The notes beneath the pieces are model-generated. The model was given only the letters and a program-made list of their open reading frames with translations, made no database searches and was not told the DNA's origin. DNA of 64,000 nt from an uncultured Candidatus Saccharibacteria bacterium (lineage in GTDB: Bacteria > Patescibacteriota > UBA1384 > XYA2-FULL-43-10 > 1-14-0-10-43-13). Shown here piece by piece: positions 19,209-29,665 of the stretch. The stretch covers positions 9,126 to 73,125 of the forward strand of contig CAYILA010000004.1 of the NCBI GenBank assembly GCA_964364265.1, written 5' to 3'. Positions within the stretch are counted from its first letter, which is position 1. Each line of letters opens with the position of its first letter. The position numbers were made by a program, and so were the translations under genes.

Positions 19209-20570
19209 TTAACCTGCCGGGGCTTCGGCGGGAACATCGACCGGAGCATTCCGATGGTGTTCCAGATCGGCAAAGCGCATTTGCGAAGGATTGAAGAATA
19301 CCTGCAATTCGCCGGTCGGGCCGTTTCGGTGTTTCTTGATCAATACTTCGGTAATGCCCTTCTTCTCGGTATCAGGTTTGTAGTACTCCTCGCGATATAG
19401 GAACATCACGATGTCTGCATCCTGTTCGATCGAACCCGATTCTCTAAGGTCGGATAATTGCGGTCTTTTGTCGTCGCGGTGTTCCACCGCGCGAGAGAGC
19501 TGGGAGAGGGCGATCACCGGCACATTCAATTCCCGAGCCAAACCTTTTAACCCACGAGAAATCTCCGAAATTTCCTGGACTCTATTGTTGTCGCCCTTAC
19601 TGGAGTGCCCCTCCATCAACTGCAGATAATCAACCACAATCAAACCCAGGCCATGTTCCATCTGCAGGCGCCTTGCTTTGGCCCGAATCTCCATCACATT
19701 GGCTCCCGGCGAGTCGTCGATAAATATCGGCGCTTCGGATAAAACACCCATGGCATACCCGATTTTTGGAAAATCCTCATCGGAGAGGTTTCCGGTTCGA
19801 AGTTTCCAGGAATCGACTCCGGCCTGCGATGACAAAAGCCGATCGACAAGTTGTTCTTTACTCATTTCAAGTGAAAATACCCCGACCGGCACTTTCTCCT
19901 CGATCGCGGCGTGTTCGGCCAAGTTTAGAGCGAATGAAGTCTTACCCATCGAAGGACGCGCTGCGATAATTATCAAATCGGATTTCTGAAAACCGGCCGT
20001 TTTACTGTCCAGATCCTTAAATCCGGAGGGGATGCCACGGAGCGCTCCCTTATCCTTGTCGCGGTGGATTCTATCAATTCGGTCAAATGCTTCGGTCAGG
20101 ACATCACGAATCGGCTGGAATTTATCCTTTAGAAATTTTTGGGAAACGGCAAAGAGCGACTGTTCCGATTTATCAAGCGTCTGGGCGATCTCCTCATCCT
20201 CCTCGTAACCCATTTCGGCGATGCGGCTCCCGGCTGTAATCAAGCGGCGCAAAATCGCCTTGTCCCGAACAATTTGGGCGTAGTGGACAATGTTGGTGGC
20301 GGTCGGGGTTGAATTGACAATATCAGCTAGATAACCCGATCCGCCGGTTTCCTTGATCTTACCCTCCGCCTCCAGTATTTCTGAAAGTGTCACGATATCA
20401 ACCGGCATCCGCTTATCAAAAAGTTTCAGCATCGCTTCGAAGATGATAGAGTGGCGGCTCTCATAAAAATCATCGGCAATCAGAATATCAATCACTTTGA
20501 TAATGGCGTCTTTGTCCAGCAAAATAGCGCCCAAGACGCTTCGCTCCGCCTCCGGATTCTGCGGTGGCAT
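19209..20570 (-). CDS. dnaB: Replicative DNA helicase DnaB
   Basis: DnaB N-terminal domain plus Walker A/B RecA-like fold; start placed at MPPQNPEAERSVLGAIL rather than the ORF-track start at 20684. Confidence 0.9.
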   Translation of the reverse strand: MPPQNPEAERSVLGAILLDKDAIIKVIDILIADDFYESRHSIIFEAMLKLFDKRMPVDIVTLSEILEAEGKIKETGGSGYLADIVNSTPTATNIVHYAQIVRDKAILRRLITAGSRIAEMGYEEDEEIAQTLDKSEQSLFAVSQKFLKDKFQPIRDVLTEAFDRIDRIHRDKDKGALRGIPSGFKDLDSKTAGFQKSDLIIIAARPSMGKTSFALNLAEHAAIEEKVPVGVFSLEMSKEQLVDRLLSSQAGVDSWKLRTGNLSDEDFPKIGYAMGVLSEAPIFIDDSPGANVMEIRAKARRLQMEHGLGLIVVDYLQLMEGHSSKGDNNRVQEISEISRGLKGLARELNVPVIALSQLSRAVEHRDDKRPQLSDLRESGSIEQDADIVMFLYREEYYKPDTEKKGITEVLIKKHRNGPTGELQVFFNPSQMRFADLEHHRNAPVDVPAEAPAG

Positions 20571-20649
20571 CCGTAAACCACCGTATTTCGTGTTTCTCTC
20601 TGAATTTTGTTCTTTTCCTCGAGCCACAACTCTCCTTATCTGGACAAAA

Positions 20650-20785
20650 TAAATCCTAAGTACTAAATCCGAAATCCTAAACAAATTCCAATGTTCGAAT
20701 TACTAAATCAAAACAACTTTATTTTTGAATATTATTATTATTTTGAATTTTTTTAGGATTTAGAAATTAGAATTTAGAGTTTGTT
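20650..20785. repeat. PE-2 element (aaatcctaa ... tttaggattt family)
   Basis: Shared arms with 22560-22670, 38655-38745, 39336-39428, 58598-58716. Confidence 0.6.
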
Positions 20786-20793
20786 CTTTGATA

Positions 20794-22533
20794 CTATATA
20801 ACCTCGAACACTTCCCCTACCGCTTTCTGTAATTCGTCATCGCTGGCCGGCTTCGCATCAATCTTTTTCCCGTCCATAAGTTCGCACCCTATTATACACT
20901 TTAAACCGGTAACATCATTCCAAATTTTTTCTAAAATCTGGCGATTTTTCACCTCCGATATCCGATCCTTGTGGAATTTGAATTTCACGCCCAAAACAAT
21001 TTTTTCGTTGCTGACCGTCAATGGTTTGGCGTCGCGGAGCAGTGCCGCCAGCGAGTTATTTTCCTTTTTGGTGGCATCGATTACCTTCTGCCAAAGATCG
21101 CCTGTCATCTCAAAAACCGGCGCCGGTGCTAGATCAGAATTGTTCAATTGCCCCAAAGGGGACTCTTCGGGTCTCATTGCTGAATTGTTGTCAGTAACAT
21201 CAGATTGTTTGGCTCCCGATTTCTTTTCGCTGTCATTGCGAGCCGTAGGCGCGGCAATCTTTTCTTCAGTTATGATAGATTGCTTCGTCGTTTCACTTCT
21301 CGCAATGACATCTTCTTTTAGCTTCTCCTTCTTTGGTTCTTCGGTTCCTCGGTTCTTCGGTTCTTCGATTTTTGAATCTTCCTCTTTTTGTTTTTCCTTC
21401 CTGGGCTGTTCCGCGTCCTTGGAATCCTCCCTTGATACTTGATACTTGATACTTGATACTTCTATGTTCGTCAACTCCACCACCGCCATCTCCAACGGCA
21501 AAATCGGGTTTGAGAGATCGCGGAGCAATCTCCCGCTTCCGATGAAGGTATCAATTGCTTTTTTGACCGTCTCATAATCGCAGTCAGAGGCCAATTTTTT
21601 GATTCTCTCGGTCCGCTCTTTCGTTTCCTCGAACAAGACACTGCCTGAAATTTGGTAAAGAAGTATTTTTCGCAGTGCTTCAATTACTTCGCGGATAAAC
21701 TGACTCGGATCGACTCCCTGTTCGTACAATTTTGAAATGATCGAAAGTCCTTTTTTCTGCTCTTTTGAAATTATCGCCTCGATCAGATCGAGGGCGCTCT
21801 CGCCGAATGATAGTCCCAGGAGGTTTTCGGCATCCTCTTTACTGATCTTACCGCCAAAACCGGCGACCTGCTCGAACAAGACGACTGAATCGCGAAAACC
21901 GCCCGCCGCCGCCGTGGCGATAGCGTCAAGCGCTCCGTCGTCTATGCTGATTTTCTCGGCCCTGGCTATCATTTTCAAATTTTTTATAATGTCCTCCTTG
22001 CCGACCCGCTTAAAATCGTAGCGCTGGGTCCGGGAGATGATAGTCGAAGGCAGTTTATGAATTTCGGTCGTCGCCAGGATGAAGACGACATGATCCGGCG
22101 GCTCCTCCAGCGTTTTGAGCAAGGCATTGAATGCCCCCTTCGAGAGCATATGAACTTCGTCGATGATATAAATCTTTTTGGAGGCCGAGGTCGGCGCCAA
22201 GCGGGCTTTGTCGATGATATCGCGGATATTGTCGACTCCCGTATGGGAGGCGGCGTCAATTTCGATTACATCAAGGGCGCTTCCGACCGCAATGGCCAGG
22301 CATTGATCGCACTTGTCGCAGGGTTCTCCGACCGCCAAATCCAAATTTTGGCAGTTGATCGCCTTAGCCAGAAGTCGGGCAGTGGTCGTCTTGCCGGTTC
22401 CGCGCGGACCGGTTAAGAGAAAGGCATGGGAAAGCCGGCCTAACTTGATTGCCGCCAGCAGGGTTTTACTGATGTGATCCTGGCCGATCAGGTCGGAGAA
22501 CTTTTGAGGACGGTATTTTTGATAAAAAGCCAT
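20794..22533 (-). CDS. dnaX: DNA polymerase III gamma/tau subunit
   Basis: AAA+ clamp-loader N-terminus (LLTGPRGTGKTT); in-frame tandem repeats ggttcttcggttcctcgg and atacttgat x3. Confidence 0.9.
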   Translation of the reverse strand: MAFYQKYRPQKFSDLIGQDHISKTLLAAIKLGRLSHAFLLTGPRGTGKTTTARLLAKAINCQNLDLAVGEPCDKCDQCLAIAVGSALDVIEIDAASHTGVDNIRDIIDKARLAPTSASKKIYIIDEVHMLSKGAFNALLKTLEEPPDHVVFILATTEIHKLPSTIISRTQRYDFKRVGKEDIIKNLKMIARAEKISIDDGALDAIATAAAGGFRDSVVLFEQVAGFGGKISKEDAENLLGLSFGESALDLIEAIISKEQKKGLSIISKLYEQGVDPSQFIREVIEALRKILLYQISGSVLFEETKERTERIKKLASDCDYETVKKAIDTFIGSGRLLRDLSNPILPLEMAVVELTNIEVSSIKYQVSREDSKDAEQPRKEKQKEEDSKIEEPKNRGTEEPKKEKLKEDVIARSETTKQSIITEEKIAAPTARNDSEKKSGAKQSDVTDNNSAMRPEESPLGQLNNSDLAPAPVFEMTGDLWQKVIDATKKENNSLAALLRDAKPLTVSNEKIVLGVKFKFHKDRISEVKNRQILEKIWNDVTGLKCIIGCELMDGKKIDAKPASDDELQKAVGEVFEVI

Positions 22534-22559
22534 ATTGAAATTTCCAGTAAATTCTAAGC

Positions 22560-22670
22560 ACTAAATCCTAAGCTCTAAACAAATTAACAATTATTCAAAT
22601 TACAATAAACAATAAATATTTTGGATTTAATTAGGATTTAGAAATTAGGATTTAGGATTTGTTCACCTGT
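22560..22670. repeat. PE-2 element upstream of dnaX
   Basis: ctaaatcctaagc ... ttaggatttagaaattaggatttaggattt. Confidence 0.6.
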
Positions 22671-22909
22671 TCAATTGTTAGACATTAGTCAGTGTCCTAA
22701 CACTACCACAAACTTATATATTATTTTACGACTTTATATCAACAAAGAATCCACAGGGTTATAAACACTAGCGAATAAGCTACTATCAATAACCTTCTGC
22801 TCTTTGCTTACCTGGCCCGGGCCAAAGGCCTCCCTTCGGGAAAGGGCACCCTTTGGGTCTTACATGCTTACCTGCTTACTATATTTCCCCTTTTTTCCAC
22901 ACAAAACAA

Positions 22910-22939
22910 TTGTTATATTATTGCTTTTAATGCTACAAT
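22910..22939 (+). promoter_or_regulatory. Sigma-70-like promoter (TTGTTA, 18-nt spacer, TACAAT) with RBS ggagggg
   Basis: Seen in the sequence 19 to 48 nt upstream of the ATG at 22958. Confidence 0.5.
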
Positions 22940-22957
22940 ACTTTTGGAGGGGAAGTA

Positions 22958-25375
22958 ATGACAAGAAAAGAGCTGGCGCGAGAAATCGCCCAAAAAAGCG
23001 GACTAAGCTACAACCAGGCCGAAAGTTTGGTTGTCGCTTTAGGCGATGTAATCAGAGAGTGCTTGGCCAAAGGCGACCGAGTCGTCTATTCTAATTTTGG
23101 CACTTTTTACACCGTCCACTACCCCTCAAAAGTGATCAACCACCCCAAATACGGGGCCCAAAAGAAGATAATAATGCTGCCGACCAATGTCGCTAAGTGG
23201 ATGCCCTCGGGAAACATCAAAAGCATGGTCGGTCAAGGCGAAGAAAGGGAGTCTGTGACTGCCCACGGTTTGAAGGGCGTCAAAAAGGCCGAACCGATTT
23301 CAAGCCCGAATCAGGAGTCAAATTTCAGTCAAAATTACTTCCGCAACGACCCGGAAAACTCAAATGATGAAAATAATAATCCCGACCTATCAAATACTGG
23401 CCGGATGACACCGGCATCCGAAGAACAACCAAAAACCAATGCCAATGTTTATGAAGAACTGATGAATGACGGCGGCCGCGAGGAAGCGACCTTTGACGGC
23501 GTAATCCGTCTACATGAGAGAAAACCGTTTTGGAAAAGAATCTTCCAAAAGGATTCCGAAACGACAGCCGACTCGGAGAGCCAGGGAATGGTCGGCTCCG
23601 GCATCTTCAATAAGGAAAACACCGAACTTCCCGATCACAATCCCTCCGCGCAACATCCGCCCGAACAACATACTTCAGCTTTTGCCAACCAACCTCATGA
23701 AGCGAAAGCTTACATCCAGCAACCGGCTTCCGGGCATACCGGGTTTGAATTTAGTCCCAAACCGGTTGATCCAACCGCTACAGCGGAACCAAAAGAACGA
23801 GATATGACTCCGTTCAAAGCGCCGGCCGGCCAGATTACCTATACCGATCTTTCCAGAAAAGTGGTGCCCAAAGAACTTCTCGCCAAAATTCCCGAGAAAA
23901 TCGCCCGCCAGTTTATGGCGGTGCCGGTCGAGGAAACTCCGACCGAGATGATTGTCGGCATGATCGATCCGGAGGATATTGAAGCGCGCGAATTAATAAA
24001 GAAATTAGTCCAAAAGACGGTTGTCCCGAAGCTGGCGACCGAGGAAGATGTCAACCACATTCTGGATCAATATCAGGGGCTGGAGTCCGAGGTCAAAGAG
24101 GCAATCGAGGAGGCGAAAGAAGAAGACGATCTGGTGATCAAGAAATCGGAGAATAGTAAAACCCTCTTTGATATCGCCGCCGACGACGCTCCGGCCGCCC
24201 GAATTGTCGGTTCGCTTCTGAAGCGGGCGATTCGCGATAAGGCCTCTGACATCCACATCGAACCGCTTGAAACCGAGATTCAGGTCCGGTTTCGAATTGA
24301 CGGCGTTTTGCAGAAGAAAATCACTCTGCCCAAGGATATCCTCTCGGCAGTCGTGTCGCGGGTCAAGATTATGTCAAACCTAAAAATCGACGAGCAACGG
24401 CTTCCCCAGGACGGTCGATTTTCAATCCATATGGATGAAAGGAAGGTTGATTTCCGTGTTTCAAGTATGCCGACCGCTTTCGGCGAAAAAGTTGTTATGA
24501 GAATATTGGATAAGATGACCGGTATTCTGACCGTCGAACAGCTCGGTCTGGAGGGCTCCGGCTTGGAGAAATTAAAAAACAATCTGGAGAAATCCCATGG
24601 CATGATTCTGGTGACCGGACCGACCGGTTCAGGCAAAACCACAACACTCTACGCCCTCATCGACCGACTCTTTGCCGAGGGAGTAAATATCGTAACCTTA
24701 GAGGATCCGATCGAATACCAGATTCCGGGTATCAATCAAAGCCAGGTCAATCCCGATATTAAATACACTTTTGCCAACGGCCTGCGCTCCATCGTCCGCC
24801 AGGACCCGGATATCATTATGATTGGCGAAATCCGCGACGGCGAGACGGCCGAGATGGCGGTCCAGTCGGCTCTGACCGGCCACATCGTCCTTTCTACGCT
24901 TCATACGAACGACGCCGCCGGCGCCTCCCCCCGACTGATCGATATGGGAGTCGAGCCGTTCCTGCTAACTTCATCCGCCAATGTGATTATCGGCCAAAGA
25001 TTGGCTCGAAAAATCTGTCCTGATTGTAAAGAACAGGTTACTTTGCCTGTGTCTGAAATTGAAAAGATTAAAGAGATTGTCAATAAAATGCCTGAAAAAG
25101 AGCGGACCGCAGTTTTAAGCAAGCCCCCCGTTTTCTATCACGGCAAGGGATGCAAAAGCTGTAACGATTCCGGCTATACCGGCCGGCTCGGTATCTTTGA
25201 GGCTCTGGAGATGACTGAAAAAGTCAAGGAGTCGATCTTAAAAAAAATATCATCCAGCCAAATCCAGGAACTGGCCATTTCGGAGGGAATGGTCACTATG
25301 ATCCAGGATGGCATAATCAAAGCCCTAAAGGGTATGACCTCAATCGATGAGGTCTGGAGAGTAACCAAGGACTAG
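22958..25375 (+). CDS. pilB: HU/IHF-like DNA-binding domain fused through a ~200-aa disordered linker to a type IV pilus assembly ATPase PilB/GspE
   Basis: Residues 1-92 resemble HU; the C-terminal part has a T2SSE N-domain, Walker A GPTGSGKTTT and a tetracysteine motif; one uninterrupted 805-aa frame. Confidence 0.8.
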   Translation: MTRKELAREIAQKSGLSYNQAESLVVALGDVIRECLAKGDRVVYSNFGTFYTVHYPSKVINHPKYGAQKKIIMLPTNVAKWMPSGNIKSMVGQGEERESVTAHGLKGVKKAEPISSPNQESNFSQNYFRNDPENSNDENNNPDLSNTGRMTPASEEQPKTNANVYEELMNDGGREEATFDGVIRLHERKPFWKRIFQKDSETTADSESQGMVGSGIFNKENTELPDHNPSAQHPPEQHTSAFANQPHEAKAYIQQPASGHTGFEFSPKPVDPTATAEPKERDMTPFKAPAGQITYTDLSRKVVPKELLAKIPEKIARQFMAVPVEETPTEMIVGMIDPEDIEARELIKKLVQKTVVPKLATEEDVNHILDQYQGLESEVKEAIEEAKEEDDLVIKKSENSKTLFDIAADDAPAARIVGSLLKRAIRDKASDIHIEPLETEIQVRFRIDGVLQKKITLPKDILSAVVSRVKIMSNLKIDEQRLPQDGRFSIHMDERKVDFRVSSMPTAFGEKVVMRILDKMTGILTVEQLGLEGSGLEKLKNNLEKSHGMILVTGPTGSGKTTTLYALIDRLFAEGVNIVTLEDPIEYQIPGINQSQVNPDIKYTFANGLRSIVRQDPDIIMIGEIRDGETAEMAVQSALTGHIVLSTLHTNDAAGASPRLIDMGVEPFLLTSSANVIIGQRLARKICPDCKEQVTLPVSEIEKIKEIVNKMPEKERTAVLSKPPVFYHGKGCKSCNDSGYTGRLGIFEALEMTEKVKESILKKISSSQIQELAISEGMVTMIQDGIIKALKGMTSIDEVWRVTKD

Positions 25376-25376
25376 G

Positions 25377-26567
25377 ATGCAATTCACATATTCCGCCAGA
25401 GACAATTTAAGCCAGATTAAAAAAGGCGCGATTGAGGCAACCGATCAAAACGCCGCTATTTCGGTTCTCCGCAGCCGGGGTCTTTATCCGATTGAAGTCA
25501 AGGCAACAAATGCGGGAAGAAAATGGTTTCACCGCAAAGTCGGTCTCAAAGACAAGATCATCTTCACCGATCAGCTTGAGATTATGATCCGGTCAGGCCT
25601 TTCAATCATTGAGGCCCTAAAATCAATGCGGGAGGAGACCGAAAATAAATACTTTGCCGGCCAGATTAACCAGATCGTCTCCGATGTCGAAGGCGGCGAG
25701 CCTCTCTCCGAAGCCCTCTCCAAACACCCCGACACCTTCAACGAAATCTATATCAATTTGGTAAAGTCCGGCGAACGCTCCGGCAAAGTCGATATCGTTT
25801 TAAAGAGATTGTCGGGACAACTGGAAAAGGATTACGAGCTAAACAGAAAAATCCGGGGAGCGATGGCTTATCCGGCCTTCGTCATGCTTGCCCTGGCAGC
25901 GGTTATGGTTTTAGTCCTTGTAGTTATCATTCCCCAACTGAAAGTTATTTTCGATGACGCCGGCGTCGAACTTCCGATTTTGACCCGCGCCATTATCAAA
26001 GCCAGCCAATTGATTGTTGACTATGGCCTTTATCTTCTGGTTATCGTAATTCTGTCGGTAATCGGTTTGTCGCGCTGGAGAAAGACCGATTCCGGCCGCC
26101 ATTTCTTTGATTCAATGGTCACGAAGATTCCAGTTATCGGCACGCTTTTAAAAAAATCATATATGGCTCGGTTCACCCGCACCTTTGCTTCGCTTGCCTC
26201 CTCCGGTTTACCTCTCTTGGAGATATTCAAGGTTACAAGCGGGGTAGTCGGAAATGTAATCTATAAAAAAGAGATCGATGAAATGGCCGTCAAAATTAAA
26301 AATGGCGTCAGCATCTCCAGGTCGCTCAAAGAAAGCAAACTGTTCCCGGGGGTGATTGCCCAGCTGGCCTCGGTTGGAGAAAAGTCCGGAAGTTTGGATG
26401 ATGTCTTTGATTCACTGGCCAACTTCTTCGACCGCGATGTCGATTCAATCACTTCCAATCTTTCAACGCTTCTTGAACCGGTTTTGTTGGTGATTATGGG
26501 CATCGGAATCGGCGCGATTATTATTTCCGTTCTTCAACCGATTTACGGCCTCGTCAATGCGATATAA
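25377..26567 (+). CDS. pilC: Type IV pilus assembly protein PilC (GspF family)
   Basis: Two GspF repeats and 3 TM segments. Confidence 0.9.
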   Translation: MQFTYSARDNLSQIKKGAIEATDQNAAISVLRSRGLYPIEVKATNAGRKWFHRKVGLKDKIIFTDQLEIMIRSGLSIIEALKSMREETENKYFAGQINQIVSDVEGGEPLSEALSKHPDTFNEIYINLVKSGERSGKVDIVLKRLSGQLEKDYELNRKIRGAMAYPAFVMLALAAVMVLVLVVIIPQLKVIFDDAGVELPILTRAIIKASQLIVDYGLYLLVIVILSVIGLSRWRKTDSGRHFFDSMVTKIPVIGTLLKKSYMARFTRTFASLASSGLPLLEIFKVTSGVVGNVIYKKEIDEMAVKIKNGVSISRSLKESKLFPGVIAQLASVGEKSGSLDDVFDSLANFFDRDVDSITSNLSTLLEPVLLVIMGIGIGAIIISVLQPIYGLVNAI

Positions 26568-26591
26568 TAAGTCAAAAGGTAAAAGTCACGA

Positions 26592-26657
26592 ATGTCATCC
26601 CGAGCGAGTATAACGAGCCGAGGGATCCCTCCGTTCGCTCCGCTCAGTCGGGATGAC
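26592..26657. repeat. PE-1 palindromic element
   Basis: gtcatcccgagcgag ... ctcagtcgggatgacac. Confidence 0.65.
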
Positions 26658-26748
26658 ACTAATGTATTACTTTAAGGACTTTATAGACTTTCGACTATAA
26701 TTTCATTAATGTTATAATTACCAATAGAAATGAATTGCTAGGAGGGTA

Positions 26749-27726
26749 ATGGGTATGTTTGGAGGCGAGGCTAGTTTCGGGCTTGATATCGGATTCGAAA
26801 CCCTAAAACTGGTCCAACTTAATAGAGGCAGAAACATCGCGCTTCGAGGAGCGGTTGATTTTCCGATTACCGCTCGCCTTTTGGAAAAAGACCGTTTCCG
26901 CGATAAGCAGGTTACCGCCGATATGATTAAAAAGGCCTGCGCCGCCGCAAAACCGCATCAGATCACAGCCAAAAAAATCATTTCAGCCCTTCCGGAAACC
27001 TTTGTTTTTTCAAAGACAATCCAAATGCCGAAAATGTCAGACAAAGAGTATCAAACCGCCGTTCCTTCGGAAGCGACCAAGTATCTGCCGATACCGATTG
27101 ACGAGGTCTATATTGATTACCAAAAGTTAATCGTCCACCCCGACGAACCTCTGATCGACCTTCTGCTTGTTGCCGCTCCAAAAAGATTGGTAGACGACTA
27201 TGTCGAGGTCGCCAAGATGGCCGGATGCGAACTGGCCGCTCTTGAAACAAAACCTCTCGCCGTCGGACGCGCCCTGATACCAGCCAGGAATAACCGCGGA
27301 ATCTTAATCTTGGAAATTGGAACCGAGGTTTCCCGCATTTCAATCTGGGATTCAGGCAAGATCCGCCTTGCCACCACCGTCGGTGTCGGTAAAAATCAGA
27401 TTGCCAATGCGGTCGGTATATCGCCCAATCAAGGGCTGAACGACGGCAGTTTTGAGGAGCCAATCCGAAAGAGCGGCGTCTTAAAGCCGATCATCGATGA
27501 GATCACTGTTACCATCCGCTATCACCAAAACCGCGACTATCATCCCAAACCGATTGAGGAGATTATGCTTTGCGGATCGGGATCAAAGTTCTTGGGCATC
27601 GACAAATTTATCCAATCCGAAACAAAAATCAAAACCAATATCATATCGCCCCATCTCTCGGGCGACAGTAAATTGGACACCAGTTTTACCACCGCTTATG
27701 GTTTGGCCTTAAGAAAAGAGATCTGA
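26749..27726 (+). CDS. pilM: Type IV pilus assembly protein PilM (actin-like)
   Basis: Actin/HSP70-fold, PilM-like N-terminus FGLDIGFETLKLVQL. Confidence 0.85.
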   Translation: MGMFGGEASFGLDIGFETLKLVQLNRGRNIALRGAVDFPITARLLEKDRFRDKQVTADMIKKACAAAKPHQITAKKIISALPETFVFSKTIQMPKMSDKEYQTAVPSEATKYLPIPIDEVYIDYQKLIVHPDEPLIDLLLVAAPKRLVDDYVEVAKMAGCELAALETKPLAVGRALIPARNNRGILILEIGTEVSRISIWDSGKIRLATTVGVGKNQIANAVGISPNQGLNDGSFEEPIRKSGVLKPIIDEITVTIRYHQNRDYHPKPIEEIMLCGSGSKFLGIDKFIQSETKIKTNIISPHLSGDSKLDTSFTTAYGLALRKEI

Positions 27727-28265
27727 TGTCAGTCAACATCCTGCCGCCACAAATTAAACAGGAGAAAGAAACCGGCAAAAAAATCCGCCGCTCGATTTTC
27801 TACGTTTTTTTATTGACTATTTTGCTCCTGGTGATTGGAGGCGGACTATACTTATACAATCTGGAGCTCGGTCTGAAAATCCAAAACTTAAACAGCCGTC
27901 AAGACCAATTAGCCAAGGACGCTAAACAATACGAACAGGTCGCCACCCAAATCGCTACTATCAATAAAAAACTGACCAAGATTGACGATATCAATAAAAA
28001 CCGTATCATCTGGAGTCTGATTCTTTCCAATATGGCCCGCTCCACCCCCACCCAGGTCAAACTTTCTACGCTTTCTCTTGATAAGAGTACTAAAAAAGTT
28101 ACCATGACCGGAGAGGCGGAATCTCGCATGGAAATAGCCAGATTTAAGGAGAAATTAGAAAGTTCCGATTATTTTAAAAATGTGATCTTCTCTTCATCGT
28201 CACACAATCAACAGGAAGATAATTTTACATTCAATCTAACCGCCGAATTGGAGAAAACAAACTGA
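27726..28265 (+). CDS. pilN: PilN-like pilus assembly protein
   Basis: Single N-terminal TM plus coiled coil; gene order M-N-O. Confidence 0.7.
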   Translation: MSVNILPPQIKQEKETGKKIRRSIFYVFLLTILLLVIGGGLYLYNLELGLKIQNLNSRQDQLAKDAKQYEQVATQIATINKKLTKIDDINKNRIIWSLILSNMARSTPTQVKLSTLSLDKSTKKVTMTGEAESRMEIARFKEKLESSDYFKNVIFSSSSHNQQEDNFTFNLTAELEKTN

Positions 28266-28861
28266 TGAAAGTATTCGGTTTTACAAAAAAATATTTTATC
28301 TTTGTCGCTTTGCTTTCGCTTTTTTTGGGCGGAGTGGTTTGGTTTGGTGTCGTCGCCCAGATCCAGACCATTATTTCGAACAATACTCTTATCAAGCAAA
28401 AAATCAGCGACAACACAAAGACCGAGGAGCGGATCGCCAAGTTGAAAGAGGCAAGTTCTAATTCTGCCGAGGTTACAAAAGCTTTTGACACAGTCAACAA
28501 TCTTTGGCCGGACAAAGAAGATGTCAGCAAGTTCATCGTTCAATCGGAGGGTTTGGCCTCGGAGAAACAAATCGTATTAGATAGTATCACTGTCGCCGAA
28601 ATGGTTGTCAAAGATACCAAAAGCACTGCTAAAACCAGTAAGGACGCCGAATCAATCGACAGCTCTGTTTCTAAAAAAGTTACCAAGGAAACCGGTATTA
28701 AATTTTCTTTTCAAACCGTAGCTCCCTACAACCAACTATTTGATTTTATCGTCGGCATGGAACGGCTAGCCAGATTTAACTCCGAAAGCCAGATCAGCAT
28801 TTCAGGGGCGGCTGGTAATGAATTAACCTTGCGATTAACCGGCTATATCTATGCAAAATAA
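28265..28861 (+). CDS. pilO: PilO-like pilus assembly protein
   Basis: N-terminal TM plus coiled coil, operon position. Confidence 0.55.
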   Translation: MKVFGFTKKYFIFVALLSLFLGGVVWFGVVAQIQTIISNNTLIKQKISDNTKTEERIAKLKEASSNSAEVTKAFDTVNNLWPDKEDVSKFIVQSEGLASEKQIVLDSITVAEMVVKDTKSTAKTSKDAESIDSSVSKKVTKETGIKFSFQTVAPYNQLFDFIVGMERLARFNSESQISISGAAGNELTLRLTGYIYAK

Positions 28862-29099
28862 GTTACCAAAAAACATATTGGCGGTTGTCCTGATTTTGGC
28901 GCTTTTAGGAAGCGTTTATTTCGCCTACACCAAAATGTATCCCAAGAAGAAAACCGCCACGGGGAGCACCGATACCTCCAGCTATCAAATCAACAACAAC
29001 ATCTATAAAAGCATCGCCAACCCGAAGGACTTTGGCGGCGCAATCTCGACTGATGCCGCCGGATTCGGACGGGAAAATCCCTTCGCCGATTACAAATAA
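28851..29099 (+). CDS. Small membrane protein (PilP-like position)
   Basis: 82 aa, one TM; operon position only. Confidence 0.35.
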   Translation: MQNKLPKNILAVVLILALLGSVYFAYTKMYPKKKTATGSTDTSSYQINNNIYKSIANPKDFGGAISTDAAGFGRENPFADYK

Positions 29100-29177
29100 T
29101 AAATACGGATGACGAATCATAAGGATAACTAATAACAAATCTGTTATTCGTCATCCCAATAATCTGTTATCCGTATT

Positions 29178-29621
29178 TTATGAATCCTTTACTTCTTCAG
29201 CCGGATATTCCTCTCTCGTCTCCTCTTTTGCGGGTTCTGCGGCTGCACCGCCGGCCTTGCCAAGTGATTCCTCTATCTTCTTGACTACATCGCCGGGCAT
29301 AATATCGCTTTTGATAAGGTAGTCATCCCCCGGCTTCATCATCTCCTTTACCTTGTCAATCTCGCGGACCAGGGCGGTCAGAAGAATTATCGGGATATGG
29401 GCGATCTCGTGATTGGCTCTGACCTTTTTCATAACATCGATGCCGTTCATCTTCGGCATCATAATGTCGAGCAGGATCAGATCGGGTTTTTCTTTTTCGA
29501 TCTTTTCGTATGTTTCTTCGCCGTCGGCGGCCGAAACCACGGTGTAACCGCCCTCCTTTAATCGGGTCTCATACATTTCTTTTAAGATCATATCATCATC
29601 CGCAATCAATATTTTAGCCAT
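29178..29621 (-). CDS. Single-domain response regulator (CheY-like receiver)
   Basis: Receiver-domain acidic pocket DDD...D and conserved Lys; no output domain. Confidence 0.8.
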   Translation of the reverse strand: MAKILIADDDMILKEMYETRLKEGGYTVVSAADGEETYEKIEKEKPDLILLDIMMPKMNGIDVMKKVRANHEIAHIPIILLTALVREIDKVKEMMKPGDDYLIKSDIMPGDVVKKIEESLGKAGGAAAEPAKEETREEYPAEEVKDS

Positions 29622-29665
29622 ATTCCTCCCAAAAGTTTAATTGCCTTCATTATACACCAAAACAA

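Noticed and set aside
19209-20684. DnaB start at 20684 (MFRISDLVL...)
   Set aside because: The upstream 38 codons do not resemble DnaB. The conserved N-terminus begins at MPPQNPEAERSVLGAIL, at 20570.
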